Assembly: GCA_965221125.1 (NCBI GenBank)
Contig: CBDCRW010000006.1
Coordinates: 640,001 to 704,000, forward strand
DNA: 64,000 nucleotides
Source of the DNA: Alphaproteobacteria bacterium
Lineage (GTDB): Bacteria > Pseudomonadota > Alphaproteobacteria > UBA828
Direction of reading: 5' to 3'
Shown: positions 26,660-37,240 of the stretch, piece after piece
Position numbering within the stretch: the stretch's first letter is position 1
Layout of the letters: each line of letters starts with the position of its first letter
Made by a program: the position numbers and the translations under genes
Notes under the pieces: model-generated
The model's input: only the letters and a program-made list of their open reading frames with translations
Told to the model about the DNA's origin: nothing
The model's database searches: none

Positions 26660-27094
26660 TTACGCCGCAGCCGCCTTCAGTGCGGTGCGGGCGAGGGTGT
26701 CGGCGCGCTCGTTCTCGGCGTTGCCGGCGTGCGCCTTGACCCAGTGCCAGCTCACGTCGTGCCGGCCTGCGAGGGCGTCCAGCGCCTCCCACAGGTCGCG
26801 GTTCTTGACCGGGGACTTGGAAGCGGTGCGCCAGCCCCGCGCCTTCCAGTTGGGGAGCCAGCGGGTGATGCCGTCCCTCAGGTACGTGCTGTCGGTGTAG
26901 AGAGCGACCTGCGACGGGCGGGTGAGCGCCTCCAGCGCCCGGATCGCGGCGGTGAGCTCCATGCGGTTGTTGGTCGTCTGGGGCGCCGCGCCGCTCAACT
27001 CGCGGCGGTGGCCGCCATAGAGCAGCACCGCGCCCCAGCCGCCCGGCCCCGGATTGCCGCTGCACGCGCCGTCGGTATAGATCGCGACGCTCAC
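26660..27094 (-). CDS. rnhA: Ribonuclease HI
   Basis: [38 protein letters not shown]; GTG start overlaps the thrB stop. Confidence 0.96.
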   Translation of the reverse strand: MSVAIYTDGACSGNPGPGGWGAVLLYGGHRRELSGAAPQTTNNRMELTAAIRALEALTRPSQVALYTDSTYLRDGITRWLPNWKARGWRTASKSPVKNRDLWEALDALAGRHDVSWHWVKAHAGNAENERADTLARTALKAAAA

Positions 27095-28056
27095 GCCTCG
27101 ATCCCGTAGGCGCCGGGGTCCGCGACGCCGTGGTGAAAGCGGAGCTTGTGCAGGTACTCGCGCGGGTCCTTGGGGCTGACGAGGGCGCCGTCCACCTGGT
27201 TGATCCAGTCGTAGAGGCGGGTGAGCAGGAAGCGGAGCGCGGCGCCCTCCGCCAGCCGGGGCAGCGCCGCGATCTCGGCCGCCGAGCAGCGGCGCACCGC
27301 GCGGTAGCGGGCGATCAGGTAGCGCGCCTTGGTGACGTTGAAGCTCAGGTCGGGCTCGAAGCACCAGGCGTTGAGGCAGACGGCGAGGTCGTAGACCAGC
27401 GCGTCGTTGCAGGCGAAGTAGAAGTCGATCAGCCCGCTGAGCTTGTCGCGCTCGAAGAAGACGTTGTCGGGGAAGAGGTCGGCGTGGACGACGCCGCGCG
27501 GCAGGTCGCGGGGCCATTCCGCCTCGATGCGGTCGAGCGCGCGGGCGATCTCGTCCGCGAGGCCTGGCACCACGCCGTCGGCGCCGGCGCGGCAGCGCTC
27601 GAAGAGCGGGCGCCAGCTACCCAGCGAGAGGGCGTTGGCGCGCTGGGGCGCGTAGTCGAGGCCGGCGAGGTGCATCCGCGCCAGCGCCTCGCCGAGCTTC
27701 GCGCAGTGGTCGGGGCGGGGGCGGCGCGGCCAGACGCCCGCGAGGAAGCTCGTGATCGCCGCCGGCCGGTTGCAGAGCTGGCGCAGCACGGCGCCGTCGC
27801 GGCCGTGGACCGGCAGCGGGCAGGGCACGCCCCGCCCGGCCAGATGCTCGATCAGGCCGAGGAAGAAGGGGAGGTCCTTCGCGTCCACCCGCTTCTCGTA
27901 GAGCGTGAGGATGTAGGGGCCGCGCTCGGTCAGCAGCAGGTAGTTGGAGTTCTCGACGCCCTCGGCGATGCCTTTGCAGGAGACGGCCGTGCCGATGTCG
28001 TACTCGGCGAGGAAGGCGGCAAGCTCGTCGTCGGAGACTTCGGTGTAGACGGCCAT
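27091..28056 (-). CDS. thrB: Homoserine kinase (type II, APH-like)
   Basis: [50 protein letters not shown]. Confidence 0.95.
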   Translation of the reverse strand: MAVYTEVSDDELAAFLAEYDIGTAVSCKGIAEGVENSNYLLLTERGPYILTLYEKRVDAKDLPFFLGLIEHLAGRGVPCPLPVHGRDGAVLRQLCNRPAAITSFLAGVWPRRPRPDHCAKLGEALARMHLAGLDYAPQRANALSLGSWRPLFERCRAGADGVVPGLADEIARALDRIEAEWPRDLPRGVVHADLFPDNVFFERDKLSGLIDFYFACNDALVYDLAVCLNAWCFEPDLSFNVTKARYLIARYRAVRRCSAAEIAALPRLAEGAALRFLLTRLYDWINQVDGALVSPKDPREYLHKLRFHHGVADPGAYGIEA

Positions 28057-28098
28057 CGGGCGCCCGCGCGGCGGGGAAGGGAATCGGGGCGCATCCTA

Positions 28099-28240
28099 GG
28101 GCGTTTCCGTTTTGCACGGAAACGCCCCGAGTCTTTATCGCTCACGGCAGCCGGTCTTCGACCGGCGCCTCCGCGGGGGCGCCGCATTCGCGGCGGGCCG
28201 CTGTCGCGGCCTGTCGCGCGTCCGCACAAGACGGACGCGC
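28099..28240. repeat. Multi-hairpin dispersed element, copy 1
   Basis: Homologous to 42151-42300; six consecutive inverted repeats. Confidence 0.85.
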
Positions 28241-28271
28241 TCCAGCGAAGCACGTCGCTGGAGGGGAGCCG

Positions 28272-29264
28272 CTATGCGGGCTCGGCCGCCGCGTCGGTGA
28301 GCACGGTGATCCCGGGGAAGCGGGCGGCGAGCGGGGCCACGCGGGCAGGCGGGCAGACGGCGAGCGCCGTGGAGAGCGCATCGGCCGCGGTGGCGCGGGA
28401 CGCGATGACCGAGACCTGCCCGGTGCCGGGCGCGGGCCGGCCGGTCGCGGGATCGAACAGGTGGTGGTGGCGGCCGCTCGGCTCGAACGGGCTCGCGATG
28501 CCGGCCGAGGTAGCCATCGCGCGGTCGGCGAGGGTGACGGTGCGGGCGACCGTCTCCGGCGCGGCGGCGCGGCGGAGGCCGACGCGCCAGGGGCGGCCTG
28601 CGGGATGACGGCCGAGCGCGCGGACCTCGCCGATGTCGAGCAGGACGTCGACCATGCCGGCGTCCTGCAGCAGCGCCGCCACGCGGTCGGTGATGTGGCC
28701 CTGCGCGATGCCGTTGAGCGTGACCGCCATGCCGGGCCGCGCGAAGCGGATTTCGCCGGGCCGGATGTCCACGGCGCGGTAGTCCACCAGCGCCCGCGCC
28801 CGCGCGATCTCCGCCTCGGCCGGCCCGCGCGCATCGGCGCCCGGCCGCGCGAAGTGCGCGGCATGGAGGCGCCAGAGCGGCTGCACGGTGGCGTCGAAGG
28901 CGCCTTCGGTTCGTTCCGAGTAGACGCGGGCCTCCGCCAGCAACGCGACGAGCTCCAGAGGGGGCGCCGGGATGCGGCCGTCGCGGTTGAGGCGGGAGAG
29001 CGCGCTCAACGGCCGGTAGAGGCTGAAAACGTCCTCGAGCCGCTCGATCTCGGAGACGCAGCGGGCGATGAGGCGGCGTGCGTGGGTTGCGTCCGGGTCG
29101 TGCAGGACGATCTCGGCGGCGGCCCCGAGGGCGATACCGGACCAGCGGTGCAGGTGCGCCGCCTCCGCGCGGGCGCCGGACGCCACAAGCGGGAAGCCGG
29201 CCGCGGCTGCGGCGACGGCGAGGAAGCGCCGCCGCGTCGGCGCAGCGCCCGGCCACCGGGTCAC
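28272..29264 (-). CDS. nosX: FAD:protein FMN transferase NosX (ApbE family)
   Basis: Tat signal TRRRFLAVA, FSLYRPLSALSRLN, GAFDATVQPLW, TLNGIAQG, HHLFDPATG; last gene of the nos operon. Confidence 0.92.
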   Translation of the reverse strand: MTRWPGAAPTRRRFLAVAAAAAGFPLVASGARAEAAHLHRWSGIALGAAAEIVLHDPDATHARRLIARCVSEIERLEDVFSLYRPLSALSRLNRDGRIPAPPLELVALLAEARVYSERTEGAFDATVQPLWRLHAAHFARPGADARGPAEAEIARARALVDYRAVDIRPGEIRFARPGMAVTLNGIAQGHITDRVAALLQDAGMVDVLLDIGEVRALGRHPAGRPWRVGLRRAAAPETVARTVTLADRAMATSAGIASPFEPSGRHHHLFDPATGRPAPGTGQVSVIASRATAADALSTALAVCPPARVAPLAARFPGITVLTDAAAEPA

Positions 29265-29809
29265 TGATGGTCTCCGTGCCGGGGCGCCGCCGCGTCGTCT
29301 TCCTCGGCGTAGGCGAAGATATAGCTTTCCGGCACCTCGTTGAGCGCGACGATGCGCCCGCCGTGGGCCGCCACGAAGCGCTCGGCGGCGTCGCGGGCGG
29401 CGAACGGCACCGCTTCGGGCACGCCCATGCCGCCCATGCGCGCGCTGCCGATCACGTAGTGGGCGCCATTGGCGTCGATCCAGGTGCCGGGCTCCGGCGC
29501 GTCCCATTGGGCCGTGCCCATGTCGTTCACGTAGATGGCGGTGTAGTTCCTGGGCTCCTCCGGCAGCATGGTGAAGGCGATGGCATCGCGCACCGAGGAG
29601 AACCACACCGGCTCCTCCTCGTCCGGCAGATGCACCTGCGCCTTGGGTCCCGCGTGGTCGAGCAGGATCATGCCGCAGTAGTGGCCGAAGGCGTCGCGGC
29701 TGGGCTCCACGGCTGCGGGCTTGGCCACGACCTCGTCGTCGTCGCCGCAGCCAGCAAGCCCGGAGAGCGCGAGCATGGCGACGGCCAGCAGGACAGCTAA
29801 GCGCCTCAC
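29261..29809 (-). CDS. nosL: Copper chaperone lipoprotein NosL
   Basis: Lipobox LAGC, HYCGMIL.DHAGPKAQ, WFSSVRDA, GGMGVPEAVPF. Confidence 0.93.
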   Translation of the reverse strand: MRRLAVLLAVAMLALSGLAGCGDDDEVVAKPAAVEPSRDAFGHYCGMILLDHAGPKAQVHLPDEEEPVWFSSVRDAIAFTMLPEEPRNYTAIYVNDMGTAQWDAPEPGTWIDANGAHYVIGSARMGGMGVPEAVPFAARDAAERFVAAHGGRIVALNEVPESYIFAYAEEDDAAAPRHGDHQ

Positions 29810-30633
29810 AGCTCCTTCCTCCCGAAGAGCAGGCCCGCGAGGCCGAGGGGCACCGCGATCCAGAGCGCCATGACCGGCAGCAGGATTGCGTGGCCGAACG
29901 CGGCCTCCGCGCTCACGCCCGCCATGCCGGAGAGCGCGCCCACGGTCTCGGAGCCGGAGAGGGTGAGCATGCGGTACACGTCGGTCGGATTGAGCAGCAG
30001 GAGCACGCGGAAGAGCTCGCCGGAGACGACCTGCCCTTCGTCGGCGACCAGGATGGCGAGCAGCGCCATGTCGAAGAGCACGACGAAGACCAGCCACGCC
30101 GCCGCCGAGACGCCGGCCGCCGTGCCGCGCTCGGCGACCACGGCGCTGAAGAGCGTGCCGAGGGCGACGAAGGCCGCGCCCAGCAGGATCGAGGCGCCGA
30201 CCATAACGCCGAAGGCGCCCCACGCCTCCCCATCGCCGCCGTCGCCGAGGCCGGTGACCAGCGCGGCCACGCCGAAGCCCGTGACGGTGGCCACCGCGAG
30301 GATCGTCACCTGGCCCGCGAACTTGCCGAGCACGATGCGCCAGCGCGTGACCGGGTGGGTCATGAGCAGCGGCATGGTGCCGCGCTCGATCTCGCCCACC
30401 AGCGTGTCGTAGCTGACCAGGAGGCCGATGAGCGGCACCAGGAAGACCGAGAGGCTGGAGAGGCTGACCACGGTGATCGCGAGCGGCGACGCCGCGACCG
30501 CGCCGCCCGGCGCGCTGCCGACGAAGGCCAGCGTCAACGCGAGGACGCCGAGCAGCAGCGAGGCGGCGAGCATCCAGCGGTTGCGGATGCCGGCGAGGAC
30601 CTCGTGCCCGGCGATGGCGGTGACCGCGGTCAC
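29806..30633 (-). CDS. nosY: ABC transporter permease NosY
   Basis: IRNRW, SLSSLSVFLVPLIGLL, GEIERGTMPLLMTHPV, LLNPTDVYR. Confidence 0.92.
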   Translation of the reverse strand: MTAVTAIAGHEVLAGIRNRWMLAASLLLGVLALTLAFVGSAPGGAVAASPLAITVVSLSSLSVFLVPLIGLLVSYDTLVGEIERGTMPLLMTHPVTRWRIVLGKFAGQVTILAVATVTGFGVAALVTGLGDGGDGEAWGAFGVMVGASILLGAAFVALGTLFSAVVAERGTAAGVSAAAWLVFVVLFDMALLAILVADEGQVVSGELFRVLLLLNPTDVYRMLTLSGSETVGALSGMAGVSAEAAFGHAILLPVMALWIAVPLGLAGLLFGRKEL

Positions 30634-31556
30634 GGCGCGCGCTCCCGCTCCGCCCCGCCGAAGCGCGCGTAGACGGCATCGAGGCCGGGGGGGACGATCT
30701 CGATATCCTGCACTTCGTCGCCGGCGCTCATGATGCGCCGGATCAGGGCGGGTTTTTGGCCGGCGGAGCAGCGGAGCTCGACGGCGTGGTCGTTGATCCG
30801 CGTCGCCACATCGCTTCCGAGGGCGTCCGCGAGGCGCGCGCCGCCGCCGGGGCGGACGGCCACGCGGATGGTGATGCCGAGCCCGGCTTCGCGCTTGAGC
30901 TCGTCCGCCGTGCCCAGGGCCGCGAGCGAGCCTGCGCGCATGATGGCGACGCGGTCGGTCCCGGCCTCGACCTCGGTGAGCACGTGGGAGGAGAGGACGA
31001 TGGCGGTGCCCCCGGCGGCGAGCGCGCTGAGCGTCGCGTGAAAGTCGCGGCGCGAGTCCGGGTCGAGCCCGCCGGTGGGCTCGTCCAGGACGAGCAGCCG
31101 GGGCGCGCCCAGGATCGCCTGCGCGAAGCCCAGGCGCTGGCGCATGCCCTTGGAGTAGGTCTTGACCCGCTTGCCGGCGGCGTGCGCGAGGCCCACGTGC
31201 GCGAGCGCCTCCTCGCAGGCGGATTTGCGCGCCCCCTTGAGGCGGCCGTAGAAGCGGATCGTCTCGCGCCCGGTCATGGAGCCGTGGAAGGCCGCGCTCT
31301 CGGGCAGGAAGCCGATTGCCCGCTTCGCTTCCGTCCAACCCCGGCTTCCGGGCGCGCAGCCGAGCGTCGTCACGCGGCCGCCGTCGGCCCGCGTGAGGCC
31401 CAGTGCGAGCTTGAGCAGCGTCGTCTTGCCCGCGCCGTTGTGGCCGAGGAGGGCGAGGCGCTCGCCGGGCGCGAGGTCGAGGGTCACGCCGCCCACCGCC
31501 GTCTCCCGGCCATAGGTCTTGACGACCGCCTCCAGCGCGAGCGCGGGCGCCGCCAT
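30630..31556 (-). CDS. nosF: ABC transporter ATPase NosF
   Basis: GHNGAGKTT, TYSKGMRQRLG, LDEPTGGLDP. Confidence 0.93.
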   Translation of the reverse strand: MAAPALALEAVVKTYGRETAVGGVTLDLAPGERLALLGHNGAGKTTLLKLALGLTRADGGRVTTLGCAPGSRGWTEAKRAIGFLPESAAFHGSMTGRETIRFYGRLKGARKSACEEALAHVGLAHAAGKRVKTYSKGMRQRLGFAQAILGAPRLLVLDEPTGGLDPDSRRDFHATLSALAAGGTAIVLSSHVLTEVEAGTDRVAIMRAGSLAALGTADELKREAGLGITIRVAVRPGGGARLADALGSDVATRINDHAVELRCSAGQKPALIRRIMSAGDEVQDIEIVPPGLDAVYARFGGAERERAP

Positions 31557-32827
31557 CAGCCCTCTCCGAGCGCGGGCGGGCGCATGAGCGGGGCGGAATC
31601 GGTCACGCCGCCCGGATAGATCGAGGGGAAGCGGTCATGCGCCCAGCGCAGGATGCGCACGGACGGGCTGGTGAGCAGCAGCTTCGCCAGCGGATGGCGC
31701 CAGACCACCTGGTCGACCAGGTCGTTGGGGCGGTAGGGCGCGTCGGCGATGCCGTCGCCGTCGAGGTCGAAGGCGGGGTTGTCGCTCCAGTAGTTGCCGA
31801 CGCCGTCGGCGGACCACTCGACGTGGCGGGTGCCGACGTACTTCACCTGCGTCTGGTTGGCGACGAAGCCGTTGCCCGCGATGCGGTTGCCCTCGGAGCC
31901 GGCGGTGAAGTGGATGCCGATGGCGCAGCCTTCGAAGAGATTGCCGCTGAGCACGTTGCGGTTGGCATTGTAGAGGAAGACGCACTTGTCGCGGCCGGCG
32001 CGCACGCGGTTGCCCTCGATCCGCGACTTGTTGGTGAAGTTGAAGAGGAAGCCGTGGTCGCGGTCGCCGGCGGAGCGGTTGTCGAACACGCGGAGGCGGT
32101 CCGAGTACATCAGCGCGTAGCCCACGTGGTTGCCGCGGGAGACGTTGCCGCTCACCTCGCTGTCGTGGGTGTACATGTAGTGGATGGCGAAGCGGAGGTC
32201 GCTGAAGCTGTTGCCCCGGAACGCGTTCTTGCGGCTGGTGGTGACGAAGATGCCGTCGCGGCCGTAGCGCACGGTGTTGCCTTCCACCACCGAGCCCCTG
32301 GCCGCCCAGAGGTGGATGCCGTTGCCGCGCTCGCTCATGCGCAAGTCGCGGTTGCCGATGACCTCGTTGCCGCGCACCAGCGCGTCGCGCGCGCCGTGGA
32401 GGTAGATGCCGAAGAGGTTGTTTTCCAGCCGGTTGCCCTCGATGAGCGCGCCGCTCGCCGGCTTGTCGAGGAAGATGCCGGCGTCGGTCTCGGCGAGGCT
32501 CGTGCCGGAGTTGCGGACGGTGAGGCCGCGCACGGTGACGTCCGGCGCGGCGACGCTCAAGACCCGGCCCGCGCCGCCGCCGTCGAGGATGGCGCCGGGC
32601 GCGCCCTCCAGGGTGAGCGTGCGTTCGATGGCGACGGGCCCTGGATAGACGCCAGGCGCCAGCCTCACCACCGCGTCGGCAGGCGCGGCATCCAGCGCCG
32701 CCTGCAGCGTGCCTTCCCCCGGAGAAACCTCGATGACCGCGGCAGACGCGGCGCGCACCCCCGGAGCCGCGGCGGCGAGGATCGCCACCGCCGCGCCGAG
32801 GGCGAGCGCCGCGCGCCGCAGGCGCAT
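31556..32827 (-). CDS. nosD: Nitrous oxide reductase maturation protein NosD
   Basis: Beta-helix repeats, ERGNGIHLW, GRDGIF, LRFAIHYMY, GNYWSD, DLDGDGIADAPYRPN. Confidence 0.94.
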   Translation of the reverse strand: MRLRRAALALGAAVAILAAAAPGVRAASAAVIEVSPGEGTLQAALDAAPADAVVRLAPGVYPGPVAIERTLTLEGAPGAILDGGGAGRVLSVAAPDVTVRGLTVRNSGTSLAETDAGIFLDKPASGALIEGNRLENNLFGIYLHGARDALVRGNEVIGNRDLRMSERGNGIHLWAARGSVVEGNTVRYGRDGIFVTTSRKNAFRGNSFSDLRFAIHYMYTHDSEVSGNVSRGNHVGYALMYSDRLRVFDNRSAGDRDHGFLFNFTNKSRIEGNRVRAGRDKCVFLYNANRNVLSGNLFEGCAIGIHFTAGSEGNRIAGNGFVANQTQVKYVGTRHVEWSADGVGNYWSDNPAFDLDGDGIADAPYRPNDLVDQVVWRHPLAKLLLTSPSVRILRWAHDRFPSIYPGGVTDSAPLMRPPALGEG

Positions 32828-34758
32828 CAGGCGGACTTCGGCTTCACGAACATACGCCCGCGCATCTCCATGTGCAGCGCATGACAGAACCACTGGCAGT
32901 AGAACCAGTGGACGCCCGGCCGGTCCGCGGTGAAGGTCACGGACGCGGTCGCCTGCGGCGCCACCTCCATGGCCACGCCGTAGTTGGACAGGGTCCAGCC
33001 GTGGCTGAGGTCGTCCACGTCGTCCTGGTTGGTGATGTAGACGGTGACCTCGTCGCCCTCGTTCACCTCGAAGGTCTCGAGGCTGAAGGCCGGCGCGATC
33101 GAGTACATGTAGACCCGCACCTTGTTGCCGTCGCGGATGACATCCTCGCCCCAGTCGAGATCGACGCCATCCTTCGCCGCCTGCTGGCGCGCCTCCTCCC
33201 AGGTCGGGTCCTCGCGGTCCCAGATCTGGTTCGGGTTCACCTTGGAGCGGTGGACGATGATGCAGTCGTGGGGCTCGGAGAAGGTCGGGCCGTCATGCAC
33301 CAGCTCCATGCTGTCGCCGGAGATGTCGATGAGCTGCTCGCATTCGGGCTTGAGCGGGCCCACGTTGATGAAGCGGTCCTTCGAGAACTTGTTCAGCGAG
33401 ACGAGCCACTTGCCGTCCGCCTCCTTGGTCTCGCCCATCGACGTGTGGTTGTGGCCGGGCTGGTAGTGCACGTCGATCTTCTCGACGATCGGGTCCACAT
33501 CCTCGCCGTTGTACTGGCGGATGGCGGCGTCCATGTTCCACTTGCAGACCTGGCTGTCGAGGAAGATCGTGGTGAAGCAGTTGCCCTTGCCGTCGTAGGC
33601 GGTGTGCAGCGGCCCGAGGCCCAGCTCCGGCTCGGCCACGATCACGTCGCGCGGCGCGATCTTGTCCTCGAACAGGTCGTCGAGGCGGCGCACGTCGATG
33701 ACCGAGACGGTGGGGGACAGCTTGCCGTTGATGACGATGTGGTGGCCGTCGGGCGCGGTGTTGACGCCGTGCGGGCTGGTGGAGATCGGGATGTAGCGCG
33801 TGTACGGCGAGCCCTTGCGGCCGTCGAGCACCTTGACGCCCTGGTGCATGGTGTAGTCGCCGTCCTTCACCCCCTGCTCGATGCGGGCGATGTTGAAGAC
33901 GACGGCCCAGTCCTGCTCGGCGGCGGTCATCTCTTCGAGGTTCATGCCCATCTCGGAGTTGTAGCAGGTCGAGACCGCGTACTTGCCCTGGTAGTCGGCA
34001 TCGACGTTGTCGAGGTTGCCGTCGACGATCACCTGCCAGGCGACCTCCATGCTGTCGCCGTCGAGCGCCGTGAAGATGGCGATGTACTGAGACGGGTCGT
34101 TGAGCACGGAGCCGTCGTTGGGCAGCGGGATCTCGTGCTCGCCGTTGCAGAACACGTAGCCGGTGCGCGGGTATTTTTGGGGGCGCAGGCCGTGGATGTC
34201 GTTGGCGTTCGGGATCTCCACGATCTTGTCGACCTTCATCACGTCGCAGCGGATGCGGGCGACGCGCGTGTTCGCCTTGTCGTTGATCCAGACGTAGCGC
34301 CCGTCGTAGGTGCCGTCGGTGAACGACATGTGCGGGTGGTGCGCATCGCCGTTGGTGTAGATGCCGCCGCGGGATTCGAGGAACTTCCGGGTCTCGGGCG
34401 TGAGCCCTTCCGTCATGATCCTGCGGCTCTCGTTGGTGACGCCCCAGCCGGTGGCGCTGCAGCGGTTGAACACCGGGATGCGGAGAAGCTCGCGCATGGA
34501 GGGCACGCCGAAGACGCGCACCTCGCCGGCCTGGCCGGACGACCAGAAGCCGTAGTACTCGTCGAGCTGACCCGGCCCCACGAAGGCCGAGCCCGCCTCG
34601 GTGGCGGCCTTTGCCTTGCGCGGCGGGTCTGCCGGCGTGACCCCGGCCACGCCGGCCGCGACCACGCCGCCGACGGTGGCGATCTTGGCCGTGCTGCCGA
34701 TCAGATCGCGTCGTGTGACGCCGGTCTTCTCCGGCGCATCGTGTTTCTTCTTCGACAT
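32827..34758 (-). CDS. nosZ: Nitrous-oxide reductase, clade I (Tat-exported)
   Basis: Tat motif [34 protein letters not shown], CuA motif [14 protein letters not shown]. Confidence 0.98.
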   Translation of the reverse strand: MSKKKHDAPEKTGVTRRDLIGSTAKIATVGGVVAAGVAGVTPADPPRKAKAATEAGSAFVGPGQLDEYYGFWSSGQAGEVRVFGVPSMRELLRIPVFNRCSATGWGVTNESRRIMTEGLTPETRKFLESRGGIYTNGDAHHPHMSFTDGTYDGRYVWINDKANTRVARIRCDVMKVDKIVEIPNANDIHGLRPQKYPRTGYVFCNGEHEIPLPNDGSVLNDPSQYIAIFTALDGDSMEVAWQVIVDGNLDNVDADYQGKYAVSTCYNSEMGMNLEEMTAAEQDWAVVFNIARIEQGVKDGDYTMHQGVKVLDGRKGSPYTRYIPISTSPHGVNTAPDGHHIVINGKLSPTVSVIDVRRLDDLFEDKIAPRDVIVAEPELGLGPLHTAYDGKGNCFTTIFLDSQVCKWNMDAAIRQYNGEDVDPIVEKIDVHYQPGHNHTSMGETKEADGKWLVSLNKFSKDRFINVGPLKPECEQLIDISGDSMELVHDGPTFSEPHDCIIVHRSKVNPNQIWDREDPTWEEARQQAAKDGVDLDWGEDVIRDGNKVRVYMYSIAPAFSLETFEVNEGDEVTVYITNQDDVDDLSHGWTLSNYGVAMEVAPQATASVTFTADRPGVHWFYCQWFCHALHMEMRGRMFVKPKSA

Positions 34759-34781
34759 GGTTCTCTCCTCTTTGCTTGGCA

Positions 34782-37043
34782 TCAGGGACTCGTCGTGGTG
34801 CCGGTTGGGCCCGCCGGTGCTGCAGGCGGAACGGTGATGTTCGCGGACGCCCGCGCGCGCCGGCGCTCGCGCCGCAGGCGGCGCTGGATCATGGGCGGGC
34901 AGCGGTGCTCGTCGTGGTAGAGCTGCTGGCAGTGCAGGCAGTAGAGGCACTCGTTCTGGTTGATGTGCCCGTCGGGGTGGATCGCCTGCACCATGCATTC
35001 CTGGGCGCAGCGGTGGCAGGGCGCGCCGCACTCCTTGTGGCGGCGCAGCCACTCCATGATCCTGATCTTGCCGGGGATCGCGAGCGCAGCGCCCAGCGGG
35101 CAGAGGTAGCGGCAGAAGAAGCGCTCGATGAAGAGCCCGGTGGCGAGCAGCACGCCGGCCCAGGCCACGAACGGCCAGTCGTGGGCGAAGCGCAGGATCA
35201 CCGTGGTCTTGAAGGGCTCGACCTCCGCCAGGCGCTCGGCGAAGGCGAGGTCGTGCAGGGAGATGCCGAAGATGCCGATGAAGATCACGTACTTCACCGG
35301 CCAGAGCCGCTCGTGCAGGCCCCAGGGGAGCGTCACCTGCGGCACGCGCGCGAGCCGCGCCGCCTTGTTGAGCAGCTCCTGCAGCGCGCCGAAGGGGCAG
35401 AGCCAGCCGCAGAACACGCCCCGGCCCCAGAAGATCAGCGCCATCGCCGTGCCGCACCAGAGCAGGAAGATCAGCGGGTCCATCAGGAAGTAGGACCAGC
35501 GGAACTCGGTGATGAGCGCGTTGCCGAAGGTGAGCACGTTCACCACCGAGAGCTGGGCCTGGGCGAAGCCGCCGAGCCAGGCGACGATGAAGAGGAGGAA
35601 GCCGACGCGCACGGCGGTCGCCAGCTTCGGCCGGCGCGCGAACCAGTCCTGGAAGAAGAAGATGAGCGTGAGCGCGATGAGGGCGGCGGCCAGCACCGCC
35701 ACGTCGACGAGCCGGTCCTCCCAGATGCGCCGCCAGAGCTCGGGCGCGGCCTCCGGCTCGGCGAAGGCGTCGGCGGCTGCGGTCTCCGCCACCTGCGGCG
35801 GCGCGGGCAGCGGCTTCAGGTAGCGCGCGGGCAGGGTGTAGGAGAGCTCGTAGAGCAGGAAATCCTTGTCGAGCGCGCCGATCGCGCGCTGCACCAGGAG
35901 CTGGAGCGTCCACGGTGCTGCGGGGTCGAACGCGGCGTCGGCCGGCACGACGAAGAGGGCGACCTCGGCGAAGGGCTGCGCGAGGTCCGCCGCCACCTCG
36001 CCGAGCAGCTTGTAGTTGCGGTCGCGGAAGCGGACGCTGCCGTCACCCTGGGCGAGCTGGATACGGTCGAAGATGCCGCCCCGCACGAAGCCCGAGCCGC
36101 GGAAGGAGTAGAGGCCGTTGGCGGCGATCAGCAGTGCGTGCTGGCCGGGCTCCAGGCGGGCGAGGAGGTTCCCGTACTCGGCATCGCCCAGCAGGCTGCG
36201 GCCGATGACGGGCGCGCTCACCAGCGCCGCGTAGAGGTCGATGAAGCGCTCCTCCGGGTCCTCGCTCTCGGGCCGGGCGGCGGCCTTCTCCTTGCCTGCA
36301 GCGGCGAAGCCGGTGGTGACGTCGCCCACGCTGAGGCTGAGCCGGCGCACGGAGCCGTCGCCGATCAGCGTCATCCAGTCGTCCACGCCCTCCTGCGCGG
36401 TGTCGATCTCGCCCCGGCGCGGCGCCTCCAGCGCGTGGCCCGCACCGAGACCGGCGAGGCCGAGCGCGCGCGCCATCTTCACCGTGGCGTGGCGGATCGC
36501 GTCGTCGATGACCAGGATCGTGACCGTGGCGCCCGCGATGATGTCGAGCGAGCGGTCGCCGGAATCGCGCTCCTCAAGAAACTCGGCCACGTTGCGCCCG
36601 ACATAGCCGGCGATGAAGCTCTTCACCTTCCGCTCGGGGATGCCGATGAGCACGATGGGCTCGTGGTGCTCGTGCAGATGGGCGCCGGTGATCGTGCCCT
36701 CGGTATCGAGCCCGATGAGGAGGTGGATGGGCTTGCCCGAATAGCCCACCGCGCCCACGACATCGGTGTTGAGAAAGACGTGGCCCACAGGCGTGGAGCC
36801 TTCGAGCGCCTGCGCCCTGGGCGGCGTGCCCTCGACCGGGCCGAAGCGGTCGGCGCCCGGCACCAGGTCGCCGGGGTCGACCGTGGCGAGCGCGCTGCCG
36901 AGTTCGACGGCGGCGCGGGCGGTGTGCCCGGCGCCCGCGAGGAGCAGCGCGAGCAGCAGCAGACACGCGCCGGCGATGCCGATGCGGATGGCACGCGCCG
37001 ACGCGCTGCGCTGAGCAGCGCCTGGTACGGAAACCGCTGTCAT
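34782..37043 (-). CDS. nosR: NosR membrane FMN/Fe-S protein
   Basis: GYSGKPI, DIIAGAT FMN site, [47 protein letters not shown]. Confidence 0.95.
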   Translation of the reverse strand: MTAVSVPGAAQRSASARAIRIGIAGACLLLLALLLAGAGHTARAAVELGSALATVDPGDLVPGADRFGPVEGTPPRAQALEGSTPVGHVFLNTDVVGAVGYSGKPIHLLIGLDTEGTITGAHLHEHHEPIVLIGIPERKVKSFIAGYVGRNVAEFLEERDSGDRSLDIIAGATVTILVIDDAIRHATVKMARALGLAGLGAGHALEAPRRGEIDTAQEGVDDWMTLIGDGSVRRLSLSVGDVTTGFAAAGKEKAAARPESEDPEERFIDLYAALVSAPVIGRSLLGDAEYGNLLARLEPGQHALLIAANGLYSFRGSGFVRGGIFDRIQLAQGDGSVRFRDRNYKLLGEVAADLAQPFAEVALFVVPADAAFDPAAPWTLQLLVQRAIGALDKDFLLYELSYTLPARYLKPLPAPPQVAETAAADAFAEPEAAPELWRRIWEDRLVDVAVLAAALIALTLIFFFQDWFARRPKLATAVRVGFLLFIVAWLGGFAQAQLSVVNVLTFGNALITEFRWSYFLMDPLIFLLWCGTAMALIFWGRGVFCGWLCPFGALQELLNKAARLARVPQVTLPWGLHERLWPVKYVIFIGIFGISLHDLAFAERLAEVEPFKTTVILRFAHDWPFVAWAGVLLATGLFIERFFCRYLCPLGAALAIPGKIRIMEWLRRHKECGAPCHRCAQECMVQAIHPDGHINQNECLYCLHCQQLYHDEHRCPPMIQRRLRRERRRARASANITVPPAAPAGPTGTTTSP

Positions 37044-37134
37044 GGCTGATGCGTCAAGACGGGCGCGCGCCGCCTCCTCGAATACGCCGACGGACTCGAG
37101 CATCGACAGTCTGAAGCGCGCATGCGCCAACGCC

Positions 37135-37148
37135 TTGATCTACGTCAA
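37135..37148. promoter_or_regulatory. FNR/NnrR/DNR-type binding box upstream of nosR
   Basis: TTGAT-CTAC-GTCAA against consensus TTGAT-N4-ATCAA, about 90 nt upstream of the nosR ATG. Confidence 0.8.
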
Positions 37149-37240
37149 TTGGGGGACTTGACCGGGTTCGTTGCCCGCCTCCGGTGCCACAGCTAGGATG
37201 CCGCGCTTTGGCTCAGGAAGCCGGCGGGGAGGGCACGAAC

